From Cyanidioschyzon merolae (Eukaryota): 64,000 nucleotides of DNA. The stretch lies in assembly GCA_000091205.1 (NCBI GenBank), contig AP006492.2, one strand, 5' to 3'. Made by a program: the position numbers and the translations under genes. Below the pieces are notes generated by a model that searched no databases, was not told the origin of the DNA, and saw only the letters and a list, made by a program, of their open reading frames with translations. Positions 20,019 through 29,986 of the stretch are shown in pieces (position 1 is the stretch's first letter; every line of letters begins with the position of its first letter).

Positions 20019-22514
20019 TTACGCCTCAGCAGTGGGCACGTGCTCCGCTGGGGTCGCAGCGTCAGCAAGGTCAGCGAGGTCGTCGACGCCGTCATCGTCG
20101 CGCACACAACGCGCTACCTGCCAACAGGTTACGCACTGAATCGTCAGCGCTAAGCAGCCAATGCCACAGAGTCGAATGCTCTGCCATATACTGCGAACTT
20201 GGCGCGAAATATCCTGTTGGATGAGCACCGCTTCCGCGCGAAGGCCGCGCATGCGGTACTTGCGACGCAACCTACTAGGGAAGAGGCGCGCGTGCACGTT
20301 CGGTCCCAATTTGCGACCCTCTCGAAGTGATAGGAGAAAGATATGCCGCCAAAAGAGTTCTTCCGGAGCCTGCCAGGGTCGACGACCATGCGCCATCGAA
20401 TCGTGATCTGAGGAGCTCTCTGGCACCTCCATTGATGCCGTGGATTCGGTGCCGATGGCGTCATCTGCGAAGCGAACATGCGCGTCGTCGGGTCGAGCTC
20501 GCTCCTCGACGGGCGCCTCCAAAGACGCTGCTGTTGCTGCTGCTGCTGCTGCTACTGCCGAACTGCCTTGCACCGACTCCGTACCAGCATCAGTGGCCGC
20601 TTGCACAGAACGGGAGCTGCGACCACGCTGCTCCGTTCGTTCCAGCAGATGTTGTGGGTTCTGCTGCGATGATGCGTCGCCGTTTTCCGCATCTGCGCTC
20701 TCGCTGAGCTGCGACGATAAACGCCTATCTCGGTACAGAGCCTGGGCCGCGTGGACGCGTTCTCCGTAGAGGTCGGGGTTCGCGGAAAACGCCTCACGAA
20801 GCGAGGATCCGCTATGGGTACTCGCATACTCCAGCTCGTGCATGAAGCGCTGAATCTCTACGTACATAGAAAGGCGACCCATCTCAAACAACTCCAATTG
20901 ACCGGTTGTCGAGATATCCGTGTCCAGCGCGCCATACTCGCCGACGCAGAGGAAGACGGCACGAGGCATGCTTAAACCGCCCGGCCAGCGCTCTGCGTAG
21001 CGATAGATTTGCTCGCGGGTTAGCCGATCGTAGATAATGCGCATGCTTCGTGTCGCTACCCCAAAGATTGATGTCGTCTTCTCCGAGTGGCTGTAGAGTG
21101 CCTGGGCGAAAGCCTGCCCAATGCGTTCATAGTCAAAGCCACGCGTTTCCGGCGGGATCGGATCCCACAAAAGATGGTACAGCTCATAGTGAATAAAGTC
21201 ATTGAAGGAGAAGGTCACCATACCAAGGCCGGTGCCATCCTGTGGCAATGCATCGACTGGCCAGTTATTGACGAGTCCTCCATCACAGTACTGATGTCCC
21301 TGGTACGCGTACACGTCGAAAACAATGGGAATGCCAGCGGACATGCGCACGGCGGCCTTCACCGGCAGGTCTGGATCACTATGCGGCGTGAGTTTGCGCT
21401 CGCGGCCGGTGTCCAGTTCAGTCGTCACAATGACGAGCTCCTTGCCGTACCGCTCAAGAACCTGGCCCATGGTGATGTTCGGATCTCCGGTTTGCTCGGC
21501 GAGCACCTGCCCCATCCAGCGCTCCAAAGCACGCCCCGAACTCAGACCGCGACCACGAGTCAGCGCACTCAAATCCGGCGACATGAGGTCGTCAAAGTTG
21601 AGCGCCTGGAGCTGTCGCATACAGCCAGCAGCTCGATAGCCCACAGCGAGCGTCGACGCCATGATGGCCCCAGCGGAGGTCCCGGCGAATCGTTTTATTC
21701 GGGTGTAATCGAGCCCGTGCTGCTCGAGCACCGAAAGCGCGCCGACATAGGCAGTGCCGAGAACACCGCCACCGCAAAACGCTATCGCAGTGAGCCTCTG
21801 AAGCGCTTCACGCATGGGCACTCGGCACGACGCATCGTATCGGGCAAAATCTCGAGATAATTCCTGCAAAAGGCGCAATCTCTGCAGATACTTGTCGACT
21901 CGTTCCCGATCGGAACGGCTAAGCTGTCGTCGGGCGTGTCGTGCTGCATCCTCCAGAGATTCCATCATCGCCTGCGAGAGATGTTCAGAGGATTGTCGGG
22001 ACGGCCCAGCTTGCTCTACTGAAGAAATGGCGCTCTTGAGTCTGTCCAGTTGCAAGGAGTCAGGACGTTGCGCTTCCAGTGATGCTGCATCGAGGCCGCG
22101 GCTCTGGTTCAAATGGTCGTCCTCGTGCTCATCTATGGGCTGGGTCGTAGCTTCCTGTGACAAGTCTCGCTGCGGGCTGAGTTTTGCTTGCACCGCCACT
22201 TTCCCATCCACGTTCTTGCTTCGATGCACTCTAGACCATGGCGCCCGAATCGCAGGAAGCATCGTGAACACCGCGCACGGATCTGGCTGTGACCTACTGT
22301 ACCACGACGGAAGCAACGCTGATATCTCGTACACGTGCCTGCTGTTCCGAGCTTGGGAACGCTGCAAACCCGTTTCCGTATCCCAGACGAGTACGCTGTT
22401 CGCGTTACGTTCACTCGAACGCTTTCCAGCGGAGCAAGTCGCTCGATATGCAGGCTGCACAACTGCTTCGCCGCGACGGACCCGGGTGCGTTCGCAAGCC
22501 GCCGCAATCGCCAC
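20019..22514 (-). CDS. Patatin-like phospholipase domain protein
   Basis: 'AFCGGGVLGTAYVGALSVLEQHGL' oxyanion/Gly-rich loop, 'FAGTSAGAIMASTLAVGY' GxSxG lipase serine, and 'YCDGGLVNNWP' DGG catalytic Asp motif, followed by long low-complexity tails. 831-aa single ORF. Confidence 0.8.
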   Translation of the reverse strand: MAIAAACERTRVRRGEAVVQPAYRATCSAGKRSSERNANSVLVWDTETGLQRSQARNSRHVYEISALLPSWYSRSQPDPCAVFTMLPAIRAPWSRVHRSKNVDGKVAVQAKLSPQRDLSQEATTQPIDEHEDDHLNQSRGLDAASLEAQRPDSLQLDRLKSAISSVEQAGPSRQSSEHLSQAMMESLEDAARHARRQLSRSDRERVDKYLQRLRLLQELSRDFARYDASCRVPMREALQRLTAIAFCGGGVLGTAYVGALSVLEQHGLDYTRIKRFAGTSAGAIMASTLAVGYRAAGCMRQLQALNFDDLMSPDLSALTRGRGLSSGRALERWMGQVLAEQTGDPNITMGQVLERYGKELVIVTTELDTGRERKLTPHSDPDLPVKAAVRMSAGIPIVFDVYAYQGHQYCDGGLVNNWPVDALPQDGTGLGMVTFSFNDFIHYELYHLLWDPIPPETRGFDYERIGQAFAQALYSHSEKTTSIFGVATRSMRIIYDRLTREQIYRYAERWPGGLSMPRAVFLCVGEYGALDTDISTTGQLELFEMGRLSMYVEIQRFMHELEYASTHSGSSLREAFSANPDLYGERVHAAQALYRDRRLSSQLSESADAENGDASSQQNPQHLLERTEQRGRSSRSVQAATDAGTESVQGSSAVAAAAAATAASLEAPVEERARPDDAHVRFADDAIGTESTASMEVPESSSDHDSMAHGRRPWQAPEELFWRHIFLLSLREGRKLGPNVHARLFPSRLRRKYRMRGLRAEAVLIQQDISRQVRSIWQSIRLCGIGCLALTIQCVTCWQVARCVRDDDGVDDLADLADAATPAEHVPTAEA
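20519..20552. repeat. (CTG)n trinucleotide repeat within the patatin-like gene (encodes poly-Ala/Gln on the minus strand)
   Basis: gctgctgttgctgctgctgctgctgctactgc. Confidence 0.85.
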
Positions 22515-23061
22515 AGGCGCTCACGATAACACACGAACTGCTTCTTGGTCACGCTCGCTAATAAGCGGACTGTTGGCAGAAGCGTTATGCGCTTCGAGGC
22601 CTCACTACCGCCTTAGAGGCGGGCGCATCTGCCCCGTAGGTCTGGCTGCCTACCTCGACACGCCCCCGGTGGCTGCAGTTGCGCGGTAGCAGCAGTCGCC
22701 CCGTAGAGGGTAGCGTCAATGGCTTTCGCCTGAAACAGGACATTTATGGATGTATGTTGCATAGGTGGATGCGGCCCAGGCGTCTGCCTCATTCCATTCC
22801 TGAACATTCTGGGAGAATACAGACATATGTCACGATGCCGTAGCGAATCTGGACTCGATGGTACCCGATGTTCTTCGCTGAGCACAGGATCGTTCCTGTG
22901 AGCGTGCAGGCATCGCTGCTTTCGTAATGGTTGTACGCATCCGGCACCTTGTTCATCGTGCCGTACTAGACCTTCAGGTTCCACCAGTGACCATGTGTAA
23001 TTCGCTTCGGAGATCATGGTTGGTTTGTATGAACTTGCAGGTGCCGAGTGTACACCCGGCG

Positions 23062-23697
23062 TCAGACGAATATCGAACAGGTCCACGAACAAGGACGTAT
23101 GCGCTGAAGTTTGGGTTTCTTGGGACTGTCGTCAGCACCAGCCTTTGTGCGCTTTTTTTTTGCGACAGCTGCCTTCCCTCGTACGTCCGGCTTTAAGTAC
23201 GCAGGTTTCTCCGTACCCACCAGCGCCGTTTCCGAAAGTCGAAGGATGTCGATGGCAGCGCTCGGATCCCGAATTCGACACTTCCGGCTGTTTTCGACGT
23301 ATTTCATGCACATACAAAAGTCGTGAACTGTGATTCGCATGCCATTTTCATCTTTGTCGTATATAGCCTTGCTGTGCCCGTCGCAGCTGTGACCATTAAG
23401 GAAGAACAGGTGTTCCCACATATCCATGAATTCTGCATCTCGCGCCATGCCGCGATGCGTGGACCCTGCCTTTACCCCTCGGTTCACGCCCTCGACGGGC
23501 AGAGAAGGCTCGTGGCAAAAGCGGTCGTGCGTGTACGCGCCCGATATTGTGCATGACGATCGGGGGCATCTTCGACGTGATCCCCCGGGCAAGCACTGTG
23601 TTCGCTGCGCGCTCAAGCGCATGCTGCTGCATTTCATACAAGATTTGTGGAATGCAGCACTGCCCATGATGAAACAAGCGCCGAAAGGAAAATCCAC
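23062..23697 (-). CDS. Hypothetical protein with a Cys/His-rich core (HSCDGHS...TVHDFCMCMKYVENSRKC) and a Lys-rich C-terminus
   Basis: 211-aa ORF with faint Yippee/zinc-binding-like spacing but no confident family assignment. Confidence 0.2.
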   Translation of the reverse strand: MDFPFGACFIMGSAAFHKSCMKCSSMRLSAQRTQCLPGGSRRRCPRSSCTISGAYTHDRFCHEPSLPVEGVNRGVKAGSTHRGMARDAEFMDMWEHLFFLNGHSCDGHSKAIYDKDENGMRITVHDFCMCMKYVENSRKCRIRDPSAAIDILRLSETALVGTEKPAYLKPDVRGKAAVAKKKRTKAGADDSPKKPKLQRIRPCSWTCSIFV

Positions 23698-24694
23698 GCG
23701 GGAGAAGAGCTAACCGATACCTGTCCGTCTACGAACCCTTTGTGCCAAGCGATGACGCAATCCCCACTGGAAACGATCGCTAGGATAACTGAAATCCGAG
23801 TCCAGGTCCCTTTTCTATGCAAACAGGAGAGACACAGGCCTGCGCGTGGATGTTGCGTGAAAGCGACATCACGCGTCTGTGGAATGGCGTTTCGTCGATG
23901 ACCAAAAGAAGAACAAGGATTTCTGTTTCGAAGGAAAAAACCCAGTTGACGTGACATTCCCCGTGAACCTGCGGCTTGAGCTCGTGAACAAGTCATCAAA
24001 TGACATTGTCGAATATTTCGTTTCCTCGTCAAGTTTGCCGCGCGAAATGCTGCGCCCACCAGTCACCTTGAAACCGAACCGTCCAAGTCTTGAAGAATGC
24101 GTGACGCGAGCATGCTAAAAATAAGGAAATAAAAAACCTAGAGGCTTCTTTTTATGAACCGAATCATGAAGGCCGTCATTTTACCCACCCCTGTTCGGGA
24201 ACACGAAGCATCACCTTGATTCTGGTGATAGAACGAACACCAGCGAAAAGAAAAGCCCCGAAAGAGCCACTCCGAAAACACGTCCCACAAAGCTACCATG
24301 ACGTATGGATCCGCAAAACCTCATCACGACATCCTAAATAGCCATCCCATACATCTATTGAACCTCGAAAATTCTTGTGGTAGCGAACCCAGCGAGCAGC
24401 TCCATACGCTATGCTCATCGTGTATGCGTGCAGCGATACCGTGCTGGATGCGCTGTCGATGCATCCGATCGGCGATCGCTGCAGGCAACTGCCCGAGGCG
24501 TCATGCATCATGCTAGACGTATCTACCAATATATACCAAAAGCGTACCCCGGGGCTAGCTGCACAACGCGTTGCACACACGCGGGACAGACGGCGCGCAC
24601 GCAGGCCTCGATGGATCGCGAGTCGCGCGTTGCAGCGCAGTTGGACGCAGCGCAGCGCAGCACGCAAGGCACGGGCGAGACAGGGAAACGCACC

Positions 24695-26209
24695 ATGTTG
24701 GATAAGGTAAACTGGTCTGACGTAAAGCGGAAGGGAGTTCGTCAGCGTGGGAAACTCGTTTCCTGGTTGAAAGATGCGGTAATGACTGACGTCGAGAACA
24801 GTGTGCGCGCGGCGACGAGCGTTGAGCCGTACGGGCCCACACAGCGGGAACTGGCGGAAATCGCGAGCGCTACCCACAACGCGGAAGAGTATCCCCTTGT
24901 GATGAGTATCATCTGGTCACGGCTGAACGACAAGGGGCGATACTGGCGGCGGGTATACAAGGCTCTGGACTTGTTGCGGTACCTGCTGCTGCACGGCTCG
25001 CCACGCGTGTTGGAGGAGGCGCGAGCAGCGTTGCCGCACCTCGAGGTTCTGCAAGAGTTTCGTTATTTTGACCAGACGGAGCGGCGGGACTGTGGACTGA
25101 GTGTTCGCCAGAAGGCCAAAGTCGTTGTGGAGATCATACGAGACCCTAGGCGATATGAGGAGGAGCTGCAGCGGAGTCTAACCATGATGCAGAAACTGGG
25201 CGCTTCAGTGGGGTCGACGCCCCTGCACAGCGGTTCAACTGGTGCAGCCCCGGGTGATTTGCCTTTTTACGCAAGCAGATCTGGCGGAAGCCTGGCACGC
25301 GGTCCAGATATGTACACAGGCGCAGCGCGCAGTGCACTGCGGTCTGGTGATGCCTACGCACCGGCGCCCAGCGCCGGCTTTCGTGGTTTCGGCTCCGAGG
25401 AGGTCGACTTTGATAGGGCAGCGACGATAGCCTCAACTTCCGCGTCTACAACAGCTGCTTTCTGTGCCACCAATAGTGCACCAGTCAGAGCCGACACAGG
25501 GCCTAGCGCTACCCGAGTCGATGATTTGCTGGGCTTCGACGACGGCGATGCATCTGAAGCGGCCACCAGCAAAGCATCAAAAGCGGAACTCGAAAGCAAG
25601 GATGATGCGCTTGGAGGTATGAACGCAACGAACGATTGGAGTGACTTTGTGGCGGCCTCGTCGGGCACCGGCGCCAGCGGTCTTGCATCCAAGCCAAGCA
25701 CCGCTGCGATGCCTTCTGCGAGCGGCACGGTTCCAAGCGCCGCATACGCCAGCGATGGTGATGATTTTTTCCAAATGATCCAATCTTCTGTCGTCGTGTC
25801 GCGATCAAAGGCCTCAGACGCATTGCACAGTACCGAAGCGCCGTCGGTTAGCGTACTCCATACCGAAAACCGCGTCGAAGCGCAAGGCATGTACCCGCCA
25901 TCGCTCTCTACGAATGCGCACAGTTCAAAGAAGCTCTCGGAATCGCCTGGAAATAACTTGCTGAGTGATTTGCTCTCAGGAGCAACGCCAGCAACACCAG
26001 CAACGGCAAACTCGGCATCGAGTCGAACACCAAACGCAATGCAGCGTGCGGGGGTGGCGGCTTCGACGGGGCCGCGTGTCCAACCGACAGCGCGAGGCGC
26101 TCTGCGACCGAATTCCAGTGGCCTCGAGGCAGGCCCCTCGGACGATCCGTTTTCAAATCTTCTCGCTGAAATGGCGTTGAAAGACGCAGATACCGTGAAA
26201 AACAAATGA
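24695..26209 (+). CDS. Epsin-like ENTH-domain protein (clathrin adaptor family) with a low-complexity C-terminus carrying a DPF motif
   Basis: 'MLDKVNWSDVKRKG...VENSVRAATSVEPYGPTQRELAEIASATHNAEEYPLVMSIIWSRLNDKGRYWRRVYKALDLLRYLLLHGSPRVLEE...LQEFRYFD...GLSVRQKAKVVVEIIRD' matches the epsin ENTH consensus ([56 protein letters not shown]). 'DDPFSNLL' near the C-terminus is an adaptor-binding-type motif. Confidence 0.8.
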   Translation: MLDKVNWSDVKRKGVRQRGKLVSWLKDAVMTDVENSVRAATSVEPYGPTQRELAEIASATHNAEEYPLVMSIIWSRLNDKGRYWRRVYKALDLLRYLLLHGSPRVLEEARAALPHLEVLQEFRYFDQTERRDCGLSVRQKAKVVVEIIRDPRRYEEELQRSLTMMQKLGASVGSTPLHSGSTGAAPGDLPFYASRSGGSLARGPDMYTGAARSALRSGDAYAPAPSAGFRGFGSEEVDFDRAATIASTSASTTAAFCATNSAPVRADTGPSATRVDDLLGFDDGDASEAATSKASKAELESKDDALGGMNATNDWSDFVAASSGTGASGLASKPSTAAMPSASGTVPSAAYASDGDDFFQMIQSSVVVSRSKASDALHSTEAPSVSVLHTENRVEAQGMYPPSLSTNAHSSKKLSESPGNNLLSDLLSGATPATPATANSASSRTPNAMQRAGVAASTGPRVQPTARGALRPNSSGLEAGPSDDPFSNLLAEMALKDADTVKNK

Positions 26210-26457
26210 GATGCGCACAGGTAGGCGAGCAGAGCGCGTCAGAGGCGCAATGAGCGAAGCGATCGCTGAGGCGACGTGTTTGTTCCTCGGCTACGAGCAT
26301 GAAAGCGCTGGCCGTGTGTTGGACGTTCTCGTTCGTTAAAGATGCGGTGATCACGTCCGTCCGTATTCTTGTCGACCGGGTGCGTTGCATGAACACAATG
26401 GTCACCGAGCTGACGCCCGTCCAGACAGCTCCAAGTTGTTCTGTCTCTGCCGGGCAG

Positions 26458-26530
26458 CGGCGGCGGCGGCGGCAGCAGCAGCAGCAGCAGCAGCAGCGGC
26501 AGCAGCAGCAGCAGCAGCAGCAGCGCATCT
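26458..26530. repeat. (CAG/CGG)n trinucleotide repeat
   Basis: cggcggcggcggcagcagcagcag... Confidence 0.9.
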
Positions 26531-26756
26531 AGCGTTGCTTCAAACGCTAGCGATAGGTTCGGCAACTGAAAAGTACCTGGATCGATCCAGGGCGTGTCTC
26601 GTGAGCCATCGAAGCACTGCTATGAGGTTTGAGGTGCACAGAGGCGTAGCTAGGGGCGATCACATCTGGTCATCGTTCTCCGGTAGCGTTAGCGCATCGA
26701 AGGCAAACGTGGCTGCGTTCATCGATCCGAAACTGCAAGAGACGGGACATCTGTTC

Positions 26757-26980
26757 GGCGGCTGGTCGTAGGTGCTGCTCCAAAGCAGGTATTTCACATC
26801 GTTTCTCGCTAAACAAGTCCATTCGCTCCCACACGACACTTGAAAGCGAGCATCACCCACGGACAGGGGCGGCTGGTCGTAGGCGCTGCTCGAAAGCAGG
26901 TATTTCACATCGTTTCTCGCTAAACAAGTACATTCGCTCCCACTCGACACTTGAAAGCGAGCATCACCCACAGACGGGAA
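26757..26980. repeat. Tandem duplication, 112-bp unit in 2 copies
   Basis: The run 'ggctggtcgtaggtgctgctccaaagcaggtatttcacatcgtttctcgctaaacaagtccattcgctcccacacgacacttgaaagcgagcatcacccac' is repeated with a few substitutions. Confidence 0.85.
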
Positions 26981-28382
26981 CAGTGCTGGTCACGATGGAT
27001 GATCGGTTCTGCGCCCAGGTCGAGTCGCCTGGAGCCAGGCGTAGTGCAGCGCCCGGATCCCGTGAACTTTCCCCCGGCAAGGTTGCTCCTCTGGCGTCCG
27101 AGCTCGATCTGCTCGGATGGTGTACTGTTGATCCGCGTAAACGGTGACAATGATCGCTGTTCATGGACATCCAGTGGGTAGCCTCGGAGCCACCGTATTG
27201 ACACATGCTGGAAGACGAATGCCGGTGCGCCCGAACTGGACGCTAGCGAGCCATGCGATGACGGGTTGTGGTGTGCGTTGTGCCCAAAGCGAGTTCGTTA
27301 CTCTCAAGCGTCTTTAGCGGAAACCTAGTCGTGGAAAGACTCGATCGCCTCTAGTCCGATGGGCAAAGTCGCTTCGAAGAACTGGTAGGGACAAAACAGC
27401 GCCGGATCAAGTCGTTTCGTTCAGCGATAGCGGGCGGTTTCAGCTACTCTAGAAACTCCGCGGAGCGTCTGCTGGGTTGCAGGCTTCCGTATGCGTTCAG
27501 CCTTCGTGGTGGTGCGAGCGCGCGGTGCTCGCTGCGCTTGACCATTCGGAAAGCAGTGAAGCACCCAGTGCGTGAGGCAAGTAGGATCCCTTTCCAGTAC
27601 GTGCTGTAGCATAGCTCGATGCACGTTCGGGTTCACTGAATTCGAAATTCGCGGCCCCCGGCTATCGGACCTCATCCATGTACTAGTTGTACCTCATTGG
27701 GCACAGTGTGCTCGAACAGCATCGCACGCCATAGAACAGCACCAAGCCAGCGCCTTCTGCCGGTTGTCACGGTACCGTCCACGCACGCTTCTATGGGCGG
27801 GCAGGTTCAAGTTCCCGCGGCTACCCAGAAGCGATGCGACTGCGGGCGACTGTTCGGGAATCGATGCTGACCGATGCAGTACTCGCGCTGAAGCTCCGTC
27901 TTTGTGCCTGCATCCGCTGGGCGTCCGTTCGCGTGGCGCTTCACAGACTCGATGTTGCAGCGTACTGTGCAGAGCTGTGAGGTCGCCTGCAAATGCATGT
28001 CGCCGCTTCACGAGCCGCTCTGAAGAGTTGAATCACGGGAGCGCACTCCAAAGGTTTCGTATTTCCGTGCTTGCGGTCGCTACGTGAGGCGCCAAGCGGC
28101 CCTTGAAGACCACACATTCAAAGCGTGCCCTACCCGCGACTCTTTCAACTAAGCACAGGCTCTTTGTCGTGTGCACGATACGACGCTCATGGTCTGAATA
28201 TTCAGGGCCCCGCAACAATAACAACGACCAGGTATGATATGATATCCACTTGGCGACCAGCAATCGCAGCCTTCACTTTTCGAAAAAGAAGCGCTTACGC
28301 GTTTCGCATCGCGCACGTGGCGAGGCATTACTTGGATCGCCCAACACCTGGTTTCCATGAAAAGCGCACAGCCAAACACTAT

Positions 28383-28952
28383 TCAGTAATAGGTAGCGTG
28401 TGCCTCCAATGCCGCCCGAAAATATCTATACCCGGATACGAGCGACAGAACCGCAGCAGCATGCAGAAAGCTCACACCGAGATACAGTACGGGTGGCGGA
28501 AGTCCGATGCTGGGTTGCGCCAGCAGCAGCAACATAATACTGCCCATCTGGAACACCGTTTTCAGTTTCCCGTGCTGATTCACGGCGACAACATCCCGTA
28601 GACCTCGAGAGGCCATCCACTCGCGTAACGCTGTGATCGCTATCTCTCGCACAAGAATAACGACGGCCGGCAGTGTGACCCAGAACCGCGCGTAACGCTC
28701 GACAAGTAAGATAAGCATCGTTGCGACGCTGAGTTTATCGGCAACAGGATCCAGGAACGCGCCCCATACGCTCGATACGTTAAGGCGACGAGCGATGTAC
28801 CCATCGAGCCAGTCTGTGAGGGAAACCATGCCGAAAAGCGTCGTGCACACAAGCGCAGCCCAGCGCTGAGAGATGTAGAAGAACACGACTATGGGCGGTA
28901 ACAAAATAAGGCGGGCAAGCGTCAGTGCATTGGGCAAGTTCCAAAAGCTCAT
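28383..28952 (-). CDS. CDP-alcohol phosphatidyltransferase (PgsA / phosphatidylglycerophosphate synthase or cardiolipin-synthase type)
   Basis: 'LARLILLPPIVVFFY...SLTDWLDGYIARRLNVSSVWGAFLDPVADKLSVATMLILL' is the D-G-x2-A-R-x8-G-x3-D-x3-D signature. The Met at 28952-28950 gives a 190-aa product. The ORF stays open upstream to 29672 through a repeat region. Confidence 0.75.
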   Translation of the reverse strand: MSFWNLPNALTLARLILLPPIVVFFYISQRWAALVCTTLFGMVSLTDWLDGYIARRLNVSSVWGAFLDPVADKLSVATMLILLVERYARFWVTLPAVVILVREIAITALREWMASRGLRDVVAVNQHGKLKTVFQMGSIMLLLLAQPSIGLPPPVLYLGVSFLHAAAVLSLVSGYRYFRAALEAHATYY

Positions 28953-29460
28953 ACTTTGGACAGGTACAGGTTTCGCCTCGTGAGCGTCTGGACCCAAATC
29001 CAAACGATAGCGCTTCTCGGATTCTAGTGGCTTTTTCCGTCGGATCTGTGAGGGCACATCCTCTATGCAGCCGCGAAGGAGCGTCGGTCGTTTAGCGTGG
29101 ACGCACAAACCGCACCTCCGGAGTGAAGCAAACGCACCGTGCCTCTGTGGGGCGCGCTCCGGCGCCAACCTACCGACAGGTGCCACAAATGCCACCAGTT
29201 GCGACAAGTGGGCACCGTACAGGATGCTGCACGGCGTACACCAGAAACCCATGATGCCTATTGATGACTGGAATTCGTAACTGATTTCATGAGTAAAGCC
29301 ACACCCGCGGCACAGCACAGCAGAGCACAGTGCCGCCTTGCAGGGCAATCGCGAACGACGCTCTTCCCACGGGATGCAGTGATCCGGTAGATGCGCCTGC
29401 CGCACTGCGGCTGGACATCGACGGCGTCGGAGGCGGCATTCCTGCAGCAGTTCCTTATCC

Positions 29461-29680
29461 TGTACAAACCTGCATGAAATAGACTCCTGGGATTCGATGC
29501 GCTCCTCAATATTCAGTACAAACCTGCATGAAATAGACTCCTGGGATTCGATGCGCTCCTCAATATTCTGTACAATCCTGCATGAAATAGACTCCTGGGA
29601 TTCGATGCGCTCCTCAATATTCTGTACAATCCTGCATGAAATAGACTCCTGGGATTCGATGCTCTGACGCATGACGCAAT
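29461..29680. repeat. Minisatellite, 54-bp unit in 4 copies (encodes the 18-aa unit IESQESISCR[I/F]VQNIEER on the minus strand)
   Basis: 'cctgcatgaaatagactcctgggattcgatgcgctcctcaatattc' recurs at 29469, 29523, 29577 and 29631. Confidence 0.9.
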
Positions 29681-29986
29681 CGCATTCCGCATTCCACTAG
29701 TGCGCGGTTGAGGTGTACCCGTTCGTTACGGACGGTTCCCTGGTCCGTGTGTGTATATGTGCGGAGAGTCTTCGGGTATACTTTTGAGATCGTTCTTGGT
29801 ACTCCAGCGACTGCTCTTGTTCGGAACGACGGCTCTGGCCGCCTGTTGAAACTGAACGCAGCCGACCAGAGCGAGCGCTCCTTCTGCACCACTGGCAGCA
29901 AGCACCGTTCGAGCGCACGGGCTGGCTGCCTCGAAAAGGGCGCTTTCGTGTCGTGTCTCCTTTCGACGAACCAGTGATCCGCATTT

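Noticed and set aside
25354-26205. 283-aa minus-strand ORF antisense to the epsin-like gene (similar long antisense ORFs sit opposite the patatin, PAN2 and LTV1 genes)
   Set aside because: Low-complexity, Ala/Pro/Arg-rich translations typical of GC-rich antisense frames, lying entirely within well-supported sense-strand genes.
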